DNA of 64,000 nucleotides from Eledone cirrhosa (lineage: Eukaryota): assembly GCA_964016885.1 (NCBI GenBank), contig OZ024741.1:1550001-1614000 (forward strand), given 5' to 3'. Each line of letters starts with the position of its first letter. Positions within the stretch are counted from its first letter, which is position 1. The notes beneath the pieces are model-generated. The model was not told the DNA's origin and ran no database searches. It saw only the letters and a program-made list of their open reading frames with translations. The translations under genes and the position numbers were made by a program. Below, in pieces: positions 26,240-39,300 of this stretch.

Positions 26240-27290
26240 AAACTGGTAATGTATACATGCTTGACCGATTTACATACAACGAATGCATCGAGAAAGAGGT
26301 TAGGAAAAACTATAGGACCACAGGACAGGACAACCTAGATGACGTCAACTCCACGACCAAAAAAATAATGACAGGGCTAGAAATAGATGATAGGACAGAA
26401 CCCTATGTACCCAGAAAACCTCGGATATCCATTAAGGATCATAAATTAGACTTTAGGACTAATCTCCCCGTTAGATTAATAGCACCCTCCAAGTCAGACC
26501 TAGGTAGGGCCAGCAAGAATATCATAGATAGGATACTACCGGTACTTAGGAATAAAACTAGGCTTAGCTTATGGACCTTCACGAAGGAGGTAATTGACTG
26601 GTTCTCGCTATTAGATAGCAAGCAACAGGTAAATTTCATTCAATTGGACATAGCGCATTACTACGCGTCCGTATCACCAGTAATCGTGAACAAGGCCCTC
26701 ATGAGCGTCATGGCTAAGTCAAACCTCACTAGAGAGGAAGCAAGCATCATAATAGCAGCGAGAAAGACGCTAATTAGCTTCGACAATAAATTATGGGAGA
26801 TGGGGGACAGACCCGACAGTTTCGATATTACTATGGGGTCGAGTGACTCTACGCAGGTGACGGACCTGGTGGGAATATATCTCCTCCAAAGGCTAGCGGA
26901 AGAGATCCCAGGGATCGGCGGAGGAATATATAGAGACGACGCACTATTTACCTTCCGCCCCCTAAACCCCAGCCAGCTGGAGCGTATGAGGAAACGCATA
27001 TCACAGTTTTTTAAAGCAACATGGCTTATCCGTGCTGATAGATCCTAGCATTAAGACGGTGAATTTCCTTGATGTTACTCTGGAACTGAATACGGGCATA
27101 CACCGACCATACCACAAGCCCAACGAGAACCTGCAATATGTGAACAGGCACTCGAACACCCCAAGTCTGTCATAGTCGTCATAATAAAAGGGGTATCCAA
27201 ACGCGTATCCACCCTGTCGGCTAACGCAGATGTGTTTAACCAGCACGCCGACTATTAGAGTGAGGCACTGCGCAGGGCCGGTTACACCCC
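26240..27290 (+). pseudogene. PLE reverse transcriptase (5'-truncated, frameshift near 27030)
   Basis: KTGNVY, IKDHK.DF, RLI.PSKS.LG, QLDI..YY.SV, MGS.DS..V.DLVG, GIYRDD, then VNFLDVTL...PY.KPN in the next frame. Confidence 0.9.
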
Positions 27291-27703
27291 GGACAGAGAA
27301 GGGCCTAGCGGCGAGACACCCGGATACGAGGATAGCAATAGTACTTCCATAAGTAGACAGTACAACCCGGAACTAGCATCTAGGAATAGGAGTAGCAGTA
27401 TAGATCACCGCAAGGACGCAAGACTGACACTAAGACAGACGAAGGCACACGCGGATGGCAGACCACGCAGTACTCGCAGGCGGAATCCCGGTACGGACAC
27501 AATACGCGACGCGGACACTAGAACTAGGGACAGGGCAAAGACAGATGCGAGCGTGAAACCAGTAGAGCCGACAATATAGAACGGAATACTTCAGTAAGCG
27601 AACGGCGAAACCCCGACGCTTACGGTAGATATATAGATAGCGGTAATATAGGGGACAAAATAACGGGCAGACACAAACCGAGAGGGACACCTGACCCAAT
27701 ACA

Positions 27704-27723
27704 CATTACCACTACTACTACTA

Positions 27724-27779
<56 letters not shown>

Positions 27780-27984
27780 GCTACTGCTGCTACTACTACT
27801 ACCACCACCACCACCACTACCACTACTACTACTGCTACTACTACTAATATTACCACCACCACTACTACTACCACCACCACCACCACCACCATCGCCACCA
27901 CCACCACCATCGCCACCACCACTACTACTACTACTACTACTAATACTACTACTACTACTAATACTACTACTGCTGCTGCTGCTG

Positions 27985-28018
<34 letters not shown>

Positions 28019-28058
28019 AACTACTACTACCACCACCACCACCACCACCACCACCACC

Positions 28059-28093
<35 letters not shown>

Positions 28094-28118
28094 CCACCCC
28101 CACCACTACTACTACTAC
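27704..28118. repeat. (CTA)n/(CCA)n microsatellite within the PLE
   Basis: Seen directly in the sequence. Confidence 0.97.
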
Positions 28119-28139
28119 TTCCCGCCGTCGAGCAGGTAC

Positions 28140-28912
28140 CACACGATATTCAACCACCACACGGTGAAGTCCTCCTTCTCCACCGCACCTAACATGGCAG
28201 ACTACATGGCCAAAACCAACGCGGTGAAGTTGTGGAAACTCGACCGTCAACAGTGGCGGGCGACTGACGGTCACGCGGGACACGGAGGGCTCCTTGCAGA
28301 CAGGGTCTCCAACTATACTCCGATCCCCGCAGCGGCCGCCATGCCCGCGGAAGACGATGTAATCGAATGCCGGGCGGAACTGAATGACAACAGAACAGCA
28401 CCCAGAGAATCGGGGGAGTGCCTTGGTAGAGCAAAAGCCCAGCGTTGGAAATGAGCAACATAACGACCGAACATGCAACTGCTAAGCGGGCACACAATGC
28501 CCCCTGCAGGGAAGATGCCTAACGAAGGGCCTAGTATATAAATGTGTGGTTAACACGCACAACACCAAGCGCACCTACTTCGACGCACCATCCACGACCT
28601 TTAAATTGAGGGTGTATAATCACACAAACTCTTTCAGGGACTGGAGCAAGAGACACTCCACTAGGCTGGCGGACCTAATATGGGACTTGAAAGACAACGG
28701 CACCTCATATGATCTCAACTGGAGTATCGTTCAACATGCAATATGCATATTCGGCTGGAAACGGGAAGTGTAGGCTATGCCTATCCGAGGCCATGGAGAT
28801 AGTCAGATTGAAGGATGATGCGGTCAATCTGAAATCGGAGATTATCATGACGTGCAGACACCAGAGAAGGTGCACATTCTCCGCATGGACGCAACTGGAC
28901 AGCCCAAGCTAA
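28140..28912 (+). pseudogene. PLE linker + GIY-YIG endonuclease (frameshifted)
   Basis: IFN..TVK.SFS..PNM; CNC...CPLQGRCL..GLVYKC; TTFK.R.YNH..SF; T.LA..IW.LK; C.LCL.E...I; N.KSEI...CRH. Confidence 0.8.
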
Positions 28913-30597
28913 AGGAATGCGGGGAAGCGGACGCGGGTCCTAGCGGCGGCGCGGGTCCAAGGGATCAGACACCATACCTTGTTGACTATGTATGCCCTGT
29001 GGGGTAAGTCGACGCAACCTATGCGGCCTATCGGACTCAGCACGTTTCCTAGGCAACAACATCGCATGAGCTGGAACACGGTGGCTCAACCTCCACGTAT
29101 ATTCAGTCCAGTACCATACATCAATAAGGCACTCTATCTCACCCACAGTGACATGCTCCTTTATGGCCTGTTCACGCACTCCTGCATGTGTATCTTTTCA
29201 GTGGTATGTGCATATTCTCCACGCACTCCATTACGTAACACCCCATGTATTTTTCCATGTACAAACCAATGTGTATCTTTGTATACTTTTCTTATATAAT
29301 TCAGATATATGTATTCCTTTATATATTCTGCATACACTTTTTTTTTATATATCCTGCATACATTTACTATATACGGTCTGGGCATACCCCTTACATTAAT
29401 ACCATGAACTCCCCATATGTAGCCTTGTTTGAGGTCTAAACGTGGATTAATCCACGTTGGCAACATAATATCATCTCTGTCAGCACGTACACCAAGGTAC
29501 ATTTTTGCATGTATAGCCCAATGTGTATCTTTATATGCTTTTCTTACATGTATTTTTGGCATATATTTTTTATGTGTGTGTAGATGTGTGTATATACATA
29601 TATACATATATGTAAGAATATATGTGCGAGTCTGTGTGTGTGTATATAAACACGTATAGGCCGAAAAAATATATAGAGGTATGTATGTGTATATATATAT
29701 ATACCTTTCATTTATATATATGTATATATATATATGCCGATATATATGTGTGTGTGTGTATCTATATGTATACATGTGTGTAGACGTATGTGTGTATACG
29801 TGTGTGTGGGCGTGTGGGTGTGTATGTATATATATATGTATGTGTGTATGTATGCATATAAATGTGCAGATGTGCATATGTGTGTATGTAAGTGTATGTA
29901 TGTATATATATCTGTGCGTGTATGCGTATGTATATGTACGGATGCGTACGTGTGTGTGCATGTATATATGTGGGTGCGTATATGTGTGTGTGTCTGTGTA
30001 TATGCGTATATACACGTGCGTGTGTGTGTGTGTGCCTCTCTGTGTGCATGTATGCGTATATTTGTGTGACTATTTACGTGTGTGTGTATACATGGATATG
30101 TGTGTATGCTTCTGGGCGTGCATGTGTGAACGTAAGCACACAAGCTACTCTGTATGTATCTCTCAGTATCTGTGTGGGTGTGTGGGAGTGTGAGCTGACA
30201 AACAGCAGTAATTTTGCCGACGGGACAGTGAGTGACAGCTCACGCCCTGACGGTCAGCGGGCTGCTACCAGTGGTCAGAATAATGATGACGTCACTAACC
30301 AGTGACCAACCCAAGTATGCGCAAAGCGGATGAAGGTGGACGATATAGGCCTGTAGGGCCAGAAACCCCAGAAAGAGGATGTGGTCTGAAATCAATAGAC
30401 GTGTCCGAAGAACCTGCGAGACTAGAGTCAGGTCGATCCACACACGGATCGCACCTCGAGCTGTTCGCCGGGGAAACAATTGTAACAATAAATTCAGTTC
30501 CGATGCATCACTGATTTTTCGTTTTCCATTCTATATATATATAGTTCACACCTAAATTTATTCCTTATATCATCCCTATAGCTGACAACATCATTAA

Positions 30598-30732
30598 CCC
30601 GCCGAGGTTAGCTTTGCCTCTCATCCTTACGGGGTCGATAAAATAAAGTACCAGTCACTCACTAGGTTCGATTTAAACACCTTTCCCCTCCCCCAAAATT
30701 GTTGGCCTTGTGCCTAAATCAGAAACCATTAT
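30598..30732 (+). mobile_element. SINE fragment (same family as 14055-14172)
   Basis: ccgccgaggttagctttgcctctcatccttacggggtcgataaaataaagtaccag...ggccttgtgcctaaa. Confidence 0.7.
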
Positions 30733-31599
30733 TTTCTGGTGGCACTAACAAACCCCATAACCATACACCATTACATAGCGAGAAACTATAGCCCCCATGT
30801 TCATGTAGCCAAAGCAACACATACACTACAGACAAATTACCCGAAAGCTCCGTCTATATTTACACCCGATATATTTTTAATACTTCATCCATTTCTGAAA
30901 ATTAAACTAAGTCACTGTGAGACTTTAAAACGTCCACATTTAGTTGAGTGTAAAATTATATTTAGTTCGTTGTGAGGACAGCCTGTTATTATCGGTGTGT
31001 TGATGTGTCTGTGTGTGTGTGTGTACGTGTGTGTGTGTACGTGTGTGTATGTGTGTATGTGTGTGTATGTGTGTATGTGTATGTGTGTGTATGTGTGTGT
31101 ATGTGTGTATGTGTATGTGTGTGTATGTGTGTGTATGTGTGTGTGCAACTGAGAGATGGAAAAATCATGAAAGTAAACAGAAAGAAGCGAGGAAAAAGTG
31201 TGAAATATTAAAGGAAATTTCGGGAAATGAAGATATAGGTGTTGGATGGGGTGGGGAGTGGTAGTGGTGGGGGTGTCGTGGGGTGAGGTAGGTGGGGTGG
31301 GGTACTTGTGGGGGTGGTGTGTCGTGGATGGAGGTGAGGTGCGGTGCCGGTGTTGAAATGTATAAAACAGAGGCAGAATGATGAAGCAGTAACTTCAAAC
31401 AGAATGGAAACCAGATGAGGTCCAAATGATTTGGAGGGAAATAGGAAGGGCACTAGGTGTGATGGAGATATGTGTGTGTGGAATGGTGTGTGTGGGGTTG
31501 TGTGGAATGGTGTGTGTGAGTATGTGTGGGTGTTTGGTTTGTGTGTGGTTAGTATAGTAGGAATAGGTAAAGTGAAATAAGTGAAAGATAGATAGATAG

Positions 31600-34500
31600 A
31601 TTTCTTTATTTTCCACAAGGGCGCACAAGAAATGGGACAATAGAAAGACATGTGGCGGGGATTTTACATACAATCATGTAAAAAGAGTAAAATTATAACC
31701 GAACCAGATCCCGAGCAATTTCACCGGTCCTTCCGTGCAGCGTCTGACGACGCTGTTGGACGGCATCGGTTTGCCTCTCCACGTTCCGAGTCGCAAACCG
31801 TCAGACTTGTCCGGGTTGAGTTTTGCTCCTGTGAGCCTTTCGTATTCCTTCAGTAAGTTGCCAATCGCCCCGATTTTCGAGGTATTCGACACTATTACTG
31901 TCACGTCGTCGGCACAAACCGACGCCGCTTTTCTCAGTCCCGGTTCCAAAGGGATGCCCTGCAAAAGCTCCAACTTCCGCAGTAGTGGCTCGAGAGTCAG
32001 CACGTACAGAATGGAGGAGAGAGGGCAACCATCTCGGATGGAACACATGATTCGGAACGGCTCCGATAGGTAGTCGTTCACCTTGACCGTCGAGCAGATG
32101 TTGGTGTGCATGACTGTGATCCAGCCTCTGAAGACGGGTCCGAAACCGGCCGCCTTGAGAACTGCTTCCAAGTATCGATGGTCAACCCTATCAAAAGCCT
32201 TAGACTGATCTAAATTGATCAGAGCCCCACCGAAGCCGGGTTTACACCCTACCCTCTCTATGATGTATCGCATGAGGTGGAGGTTGTCGTGTATGGACCT
32301 GGTTGGGATTACACACGTTTGAGCTTTTCCCACCAGGTTCTCGACGACAAGCGCCAGCCTCGTTGCTAACACATTGGCCAAAATCTTTAACTCTGTGTTT
32401 AGGAGAGATATGGGCCTGAAGTTACTTATCTCGTCCCCCTTGTTCTCGTATTTCCTGATCAGCATCACTACGCCCCTGCCTACAAAATGGGAATTCTCCC
32501 GTTCTGCTGCCAGTTGCAGTAGACGGCTTCGAGGACGCCAGAGAACAAGTCCGGCATACCTATGTAAAACTCATAGGGTAGACCATCCAGACCGGGTGAT
32601 TTGCGTTTCCCGCAGCGGCCTAGAGCGTCCCGTATCTCAGCAGCTGTGATCGGTCTTTCGTAGAACTTCGCGTCCATGCTCGAGAGAAGCGATAGGCCGT
32701 CGAGGTATGAACCGAAGTCCATTGCCTCGTTCGGCGCACCGTCTGCCTGAACAGTTGCACAAAATGTTGTTGGAAGGCCGTGAACATCTGCTTGGAATCA
32801 AGTACCACTCGTCCATTTTGGTCTTTCAAAGACCGAATCGTGAACTTGTTGCCACTTTTTGCCTCTGCAACTCGGGCCCAGCTAACAGCTTTTGCTCCTT
32901 CGTTTCTTGGAGCACGTTATCTACTCCTGACCACGCAGCCTTCGTGTTTTGCGTCGAAGAACTGGTCCAGTGCCGTTCTTGTTGCTAGCACTCTAGCTGC
33001 GTTGCCACTCCTAAGCGCCTCTTCTACTTTGGTTACCAGTTCTCTCTCTATTTTATCTTTTTCTAGATATTTCTTTGCTAAAAGATATGGACTCTACTCT
33101 AATTGCTCTCTTGAGAGATCACCACCACCTATTGTTGACGATGGCTCCCGTCAACTGGTGCTTAACTAAACTACTTATCCGTCTATGGAAACTCTACGTG
33201 TCGGTAACGACATGTTCAGCTTCCAGTATCCTGGTCCCTGTCTATGCGTTCTATCATGGTTGACTATGCTGGTGACTAATTTGTGGTCCGAATAGGCAAC
33301 CATGTACATTTGTGGACAGCTTAACATTTTCTTGTCTCTCTCTCTCTAATTTATCCATCTGTCTAAATACGATCTAGATGTCCCGCTGCGATCTATCCAC
33401 ATTCACTGTGGTGCAGCCGGGAAATCTAGTCGATACCTATCGGCCAGTTGGAATTGGCCGATTAAATTGTTGAGGCTGTTGCACCCCACTCTATTGAGAC
33501 ATGTTCCTACATAGTCCCAACGTGCGTCTAGGATACCATTCCAGTCCCCCACTAGAAGCAAAGAGCGAGACGTTCCCAGAAAAGACTCTAGACGCTTGAA
33601 GAAGTCTGGCCGCGATGTCCCAGTCGGGGCATAAACCTTCACTACTGGTCACGTCTAGAACTACAAGTCTGCCCTCCGGGATCAAGTGTATTCGCTGTAT
33701 TTCGAGGTCCAGCTTTTTCCGAAACATAACAGCCACTCCCCCTCCACCTCCTGGCTGACAGAGAGATGCGTAGATCTCAAAGTCATCAAAAATGGTGGTT
33801 AGTTGCTACTTGTTGTGGATCCTGGTCTCGCTGATGGTTATCACATCCATACCATGTGACCTAAGGTAATTTAGAAGTTGGCCCTGTTTCCAGGGCATCC
33901 ATAGGCCATGCACATTCACACTTCCAACTCGTATATTTGCCATGTTGGTGGAGAAGAGTTGGCGAAAAGATGAAAAGATGCACTTACCTTTTCGTTTCCT
34001 GGAGATCGGGTTGTTCAATCTCCATTTGGGTGTTGTTGGGGATGTTGAGTGGGGTGGGGAAACATTTTAATAGGACGCGGTTTATGGGTTTTTGGCAAGG
34101 GTTTCCAACGTCTTGCGAAAATTGTTTTTTTAGTTTGTTGTAAGTTTCTATTGGAACCCTTATCATCTTTAGGTGTGGTGCAGTGTCTGTTTTTGTAAAA
34201 GTTTTCCTCTCGGTTTCCACTTTGGGGTTTTTGGAGATGACTTCCATCAGATTTTTGTTTTTTTGCGTTGATGTATGCGTATTGTTTGGATTTTTGTTGT
34301 TGTTTTTGTTTGTTCTTTGTTTTGTAATTTTCTTTTGATGGTGAGCATTTGTGTTTGGGGTGGTGTTGGTGTTTGTTTTGCTGGTAGGGGGGTTTGATTG
34401 TGGTGGTGTTTGTGTTGGTGGTTGTGTGTTTGTGTTGGTGGTTGTGTGTTTGTGTTGGTGGTTTTGTGGTTTTGCGGTATCTTTTTTTTTTTGATTTCTG

Positions 34501-35768
34501 AGGCTCTCCTTCATCTTCGCTTGGGGATGGAGAAGTACCTCGTCTGATGAGTTGTCATCATGGGTGTGTGGGAGGGGTATTATGTGTAGTGATGGGGTGT
34601 TTATGTGTGTGGTTGTGGTAGTGTTGAATGGAGTGGGATGGGGTGGGACTGTGTTTTTCAGGGGGAATTGTTTGTGTTTTTTCTGTTGTTTGTTGAGCAG
34701 TTGTTTGTTTTTGTGTGTTTGCTTGTTTTGTGTGTTGTTGTTGTGGTTTTGGTGTTGGTGTTGGTAAAAGTACTTTTTTGTTGGTGTTTATTCGTAAGGG
34801 TCAGGAGGCCTTTAAATGCGATATGCTGAAACATTTAAAACAATGTGGCCTCCAATCTTCGGTCGAAATGTTTATTTTTTGTGTCCTTTTCCCCATGTAT
34901 GTAGGGAAAAAGGTGTATTTAGTAGAGGTGACCGGTGTCATCGAGTATCTTTGTGCAAGGGCCTCGCTTTTGAAAAGCACCGAAATGCTTCCGTATTGCT
35001 TGGCCCTTTGCATGAAGTCAATATCCGGCAAAGCCTCCTTCAAGACTGTTTCAATTTCGTCTTGAATGAGGAATGCCAGCTCTTTTTACTGAGTTTGCGA
35101 TTGTCCGAAAAATAATGGTCTTGCGAAGGGTGTCAGCTCTAATTTGTTGGGGAGAGGTTATTCTACCCCCTACCCCCTTTCTTCAAAAATAATATGCTTC
35201 CTCCCTTCATTGATCATTTCTTTCGCGTTAGAAATGTCCAAGTGGGTGTATAGTTGTTTGCTAACTGCTGTCTCAGCGAAAGATTTTTTCTTGTTGTTGT
35301 TTCTGTCTTCAATTGTTGCTTCGTTTTTGGTGGTGGAGTTTGTCTGTATAGTTTTGTTCAGTGGTTATTGGTGTAGTTTGTGTAACAATATTTTCTCTAC
35401 GAAAATTTCCCACGTTGTTTGTAAGAGGAGTCGCTATAGCAACGTCTGTAGAGACAAACGATTTCATGACATTCAACTCTATAATCCCTTCCCTACTTGT
35501 AACGGGGGTCGGTACTAGCGTTGATACTGGCGTTTGTGTTACGTTATTCAAATTGTGTTTGTGATTTCAACCAACTTTTTGAAATTTTTCCAATTAAATT
35601 TTCGCCCCTGGGGGAGGGAGGGCGAAAGATGAGATAATCCAGCCGCTGACAATTCAGACGAGAATCAATCTACAAAATTATACAATTTTTAACAGAAAAT
35701 TCCGGTTTTTTGCATATAAACACGACAAAAAACTTACCAGCGAGAGTGGTACGCGTCCTCTACTATCC
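31600..35768 (-). mobile_element. Tx1-type LINE copy E (5' end present, ORF2 C-terminus deleted), flanked by (TCTA)n
   Basis: ORF1 remnants (CFKCFSISHLKAS, ends LQETKR*), APE (SVNVHGL, GDWN), RT (KSPGLDGLPYE, DQSKAFDRVDH, CADD); GATA repeats at 31587-31600 and 35770-35786. Confidence 0.9.
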
Positions 35769-35787
35769 GAGATAGATAGATAGATAA

Positions 35788-36228
35788 ATTTCTTTATTAG
35801 CTACAAGGGCACAAAAGAAGGGGAAAATACAAATGGGGAGTTTACATACAGGTATATGAAAATAACATTATTAATAAAATAACAAATAACAATTGAAATC
35901 CTCAATAGGGGGAGGCGTTACACAGGGGTTGTACACACCCCGAAAAAATGTACAACCCTCATCTGCAGGAGCACCAAGAGTGAGTACTCCTCTCCTCTCT
36001 TCCTCTTTTTCCTCAACCTACAGGCTTATATAGAGAGAAGGCCCAAACACTCGGGCCATCTTTGCCACATTCACCCACCTTTTATAAGATTTGCTGGGGT
36101 ACAGCACCTCTCTCTCCATCCTGATTCTTCTTCCAAAATGATATTTGAAAAAACGAATCAGTTGCTCGCCGGAGAGAAAGGTGTCTGACCTCAGCCCTTT
36201 TAACCTCGTCCACCATATAACCTCTTCT
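35788..36228 (-). mobile_element. Tx1-type LINE copy F, 3' fragment
   Basis: ORF2 C-terminus + 3' UTR + AATAAA homologous to copies A and B. Confidence 0.8.
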
Positions 36229-36346
36229 ATCGTTGAAATTGTTTGTTTTTATATTTTTTACACGACTGTATGTAAAATCCCCGGCATGTCTTTGTATTGT
36301 CCCCTTTCTTGTTGCGCCCTTGTGGCTAATAAAGAAATCTATCTTT
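36229..36346 (+). mobile_element. Tx1-type LINE copy G, 3' tail only
   Basis: ...gcgcccttgtggctAATAAAgaaatctatct, matching the 3' end of copy E in the opposite orientation. Confidence 0.75.
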
Positions 36347-39300
36347 CTGGGATGGACACACGCCTGAAACTTGCTGGGTAAGTTCTGCCTAAATTTCTAT
36401 AGAAATTCCTAACTGTAAACCTTCATTTTTATAGCAATTTGTCGAGGGACTGCCAGGTCAAATTTTGATCTGGTCAGTCTCTTAAAATATTCTACGCCTT
36501 TAGGCGAAAAAGTTCACAAAAAGCCTTTTTTTGGAAAAGCTAACATTTAAAAAAAAAATGACTGAAGCTTCTTCACCAACATTCGAAGGAGGAAAGGGGA
36601 AGATATGCTTACAGCTTCCCCTGCCACTGTCATAGTAGCAGATGTCAAAGACAAAGGTCAGCCAGCGGAAGGATTTTCTCTACCTGCTGACCGACAACTT
36701 GACGCTGCCATGGCAACAAACCAAAAGTGTGAAACAATGAACAAAAACAACACAACCAGCGGCACCAGAGGCACCAGCAACAACAACAACAATAATGCTA
36801 TGAACGAAAACAACACCAACAACAATAACAATAACAAAGACAACAAGACCAATAACTGCAACAAGGAAGTAAACGACAAAATAGCATTTGCGCAAACCGT
36901 AAAGAAAACGGTAAGGTACACTCCGGTAGCTATTTCAAATGCAAATGAGCTTTTGAATAACGCCAGACAGTACATAACTATTGGGGAGAATGGATCATTC
37001 TCCATAAACTCTCCCCCAGATTTGCGAAGAGAAGCTGCCTTGAAAACTGTGATTTTCAGGACAGTCTCAAACAAAACCCGAAAACCGACTCAACTTTCAC
37101 AAGGTGAAATTGAGTTGGTTTTAGAAGATGCCTTAAAAGACAATGCTTTCATTCAGAAGGGTAGACTCTACGGAAGTTTATCCATTCTGATGAAAGACCA
37201 ACTGACGGCACAGAAATACTCTGTGTCGTCAATTGTCACCGTTGTTCACCTTTTCCCCCACTTACATGGGGAAAAGAAACACAGAAAATAAAAATCCAAC
37301 GTATCACACCAAATATTGATATTTGGTGGGTACTATGTGGATTTTTAAACGTCGAAAAAGACACAATAATATCGGTAGGTAAGTCCTCCGGCGACCTGTT
37401 CAGCGGAACTAGTCTGGAAATTCTGGTCCAAATGACACCAGAACGAATAGCTATGATCCCGGAACGTGTGCTGCTGGATGGGCTTATATACATAAACATT
37501 TCGGTCGAGGGTAGACGGCCCTCATGTTACCACTGCTTAAGCAGGGGTTACCTGAGAGCTTCCTGTCCTCGGCTAACTAGCGGAAAAAAGGCATTATTGC
37601 CAACACCTGCAACACCAGCACAGCAATCACCACCGCCACTACCACCACAACAACAACAACAACAACATAACAAAATAGTGACAACAAAACAAACGACAAA
37701 CACAATCCCACCCAACCCCTCCCCACCTAAAACAACTCCAGAAACACCCACACACATAACAGCTCCTCAAAATGTACCCTAAAATCTACAAAAACACCCC
37801 CTCCTGAAAACAAAACACCTACTACAAAACGTAAACACACACAAGAACCACAGACAAAAAGCAACACAACACAACAAAAATGTTACACCTACATAAATAC
37901 TAACAATAAAACTTTAACAGACACCATATATAAAAACCCTTCGGTGAAGACCGAAGGGTTTTTATATAAAGTTTTACGCACTCTTCGGAGAATCCTAATC
38001 TTAAAATGATTAGGATTTCCATGGACACACATACACAGTTAAAAGAAAAATTCCTAACGACGTAGATAACTCCTGCGTCAAACACTATAATCGCGTCACT
38101 TTGAAATGTTTCCCCACCCCCACCCACCTGACACCTCCTTCCCACCAAACATCTCCGTCCCCGCACCACCAGAGACCACCACCCCACCAAACAACCCTCC
38201 AACACCCCCATGGAAATTGTGCAGCCTGGTCCCCAGGAGACGAAGAGGTGAGTGATTTCTTTTCCTCTTCTTTTAACTTTTCAGCACCAACATGGCCAAT
38301 ATAAGAGTTGGATGTGTGAATGTACGCGGCCTGGGGATGCCTTGGAAACAGGACAAACACTTAAACGACCTCAGGTCGCACAGTATGGATGTAGAAGCCA
38401 TTTACGAGTCCAGGATCCACAGCGAGCGACAACTGGCCCCATCTTCGACGACTTTGAGATCTACGCATCTCTCTGTAAGCCGGGAGGTGGGGGTGGGGTT
38501 GCCATTTTGCTGCAGAAACACCTGGACCTCGTAACACAGACGGTACATCTGGACCCAGAGGGTCGACTGGTGGTCCTAGACGTTGCCGGTATGAAGGTGG
38601 GGCCTTCAGGCTGGTGGCCGCATATTCCCCATCCGGGACACCGCGGCCAGACTTCTTCAAACGTCTGGAGACTTTTCTGGGAACGTCCCGCTCCCTGCTG
38701 TTAGTGGGGGACTGGAATTGAATCCTAGATGCACGTTGGGACTATGTGGGAGCATGTCCCGATAGAGGGGGGTGTAACAGCCTCAAACAGTTAATCGGTC
38801 GATTTGACCTGGCCGATAGATATCGACTAGATTTTCCGACTGTGCCACTGTGGACGTGGACTAATCGTAGCGGAACATCTAGATCGTACCTAGATAGGGT
38901 TCTAGTTAGAAAGAAGGATAGGGACATGTTAAGCTGTCCACAAATGTTCATGGTTGCCTATTCAGATCACAAATTAGTGACCTGCTTAGTCAATCTTCGC
39001 AAAACCCATAGACAGGGACCCGGCTACTGGAAGCTGAACTTGTCATTACCGACATGCAAAGCCTACAGTAGACGGATTAGAACTTTAGTTAAGCAGCACT
39101 TGACGGGGCCATTGTCAACAACAGATGGTGGAACTCTCTCAAGAGGGCAGTTAGATTAGACTCGATAGATTTTAGTAAAGAATTAGAGTTAGATAGAAAT
39201 AAGACCGAAAAGTAACTGGTAGATAAAGTAGAAGAGGCACTTAGGAGTGGCAACGTAGCCAGCGTGCTAGCGACGAGAACGGCCTTGGACCAGTTCTTCG

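Larger units (their letters stand above)
25055..30531 (+). mobile_element. Penelope-like retroelement (probably Hydra-clade type) bounded by ~1.19-kb inverted repeats
   Basis: Arms 25055-26242 and ~29343-30531 are reverse complements; RT and GIY-YIG remnants lie between them; TA-rich flanks. Confidence 0.85.

Noticed and set aside
26173-27048. Bacterial retron/group II intron RT or telomerase
   Set aside because: Motif set and the downstream GIY-YIG match Penelope-like elements.
25280-30305. His/Thr/Tyr-, Cys/Val- and poly-Val/Ser-rich ORFs
   Set aside because: Translations of CA/TA and CTA/CCA microsatellites.
25055-30531. DNA transposon, Polinton or DIRS interpretation of the long inverted repeats
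   Set aside because: No transposase, integrase, polB or tyrosine-recombinase motifs; the content is PLE-type RT plus GIY-YIG.
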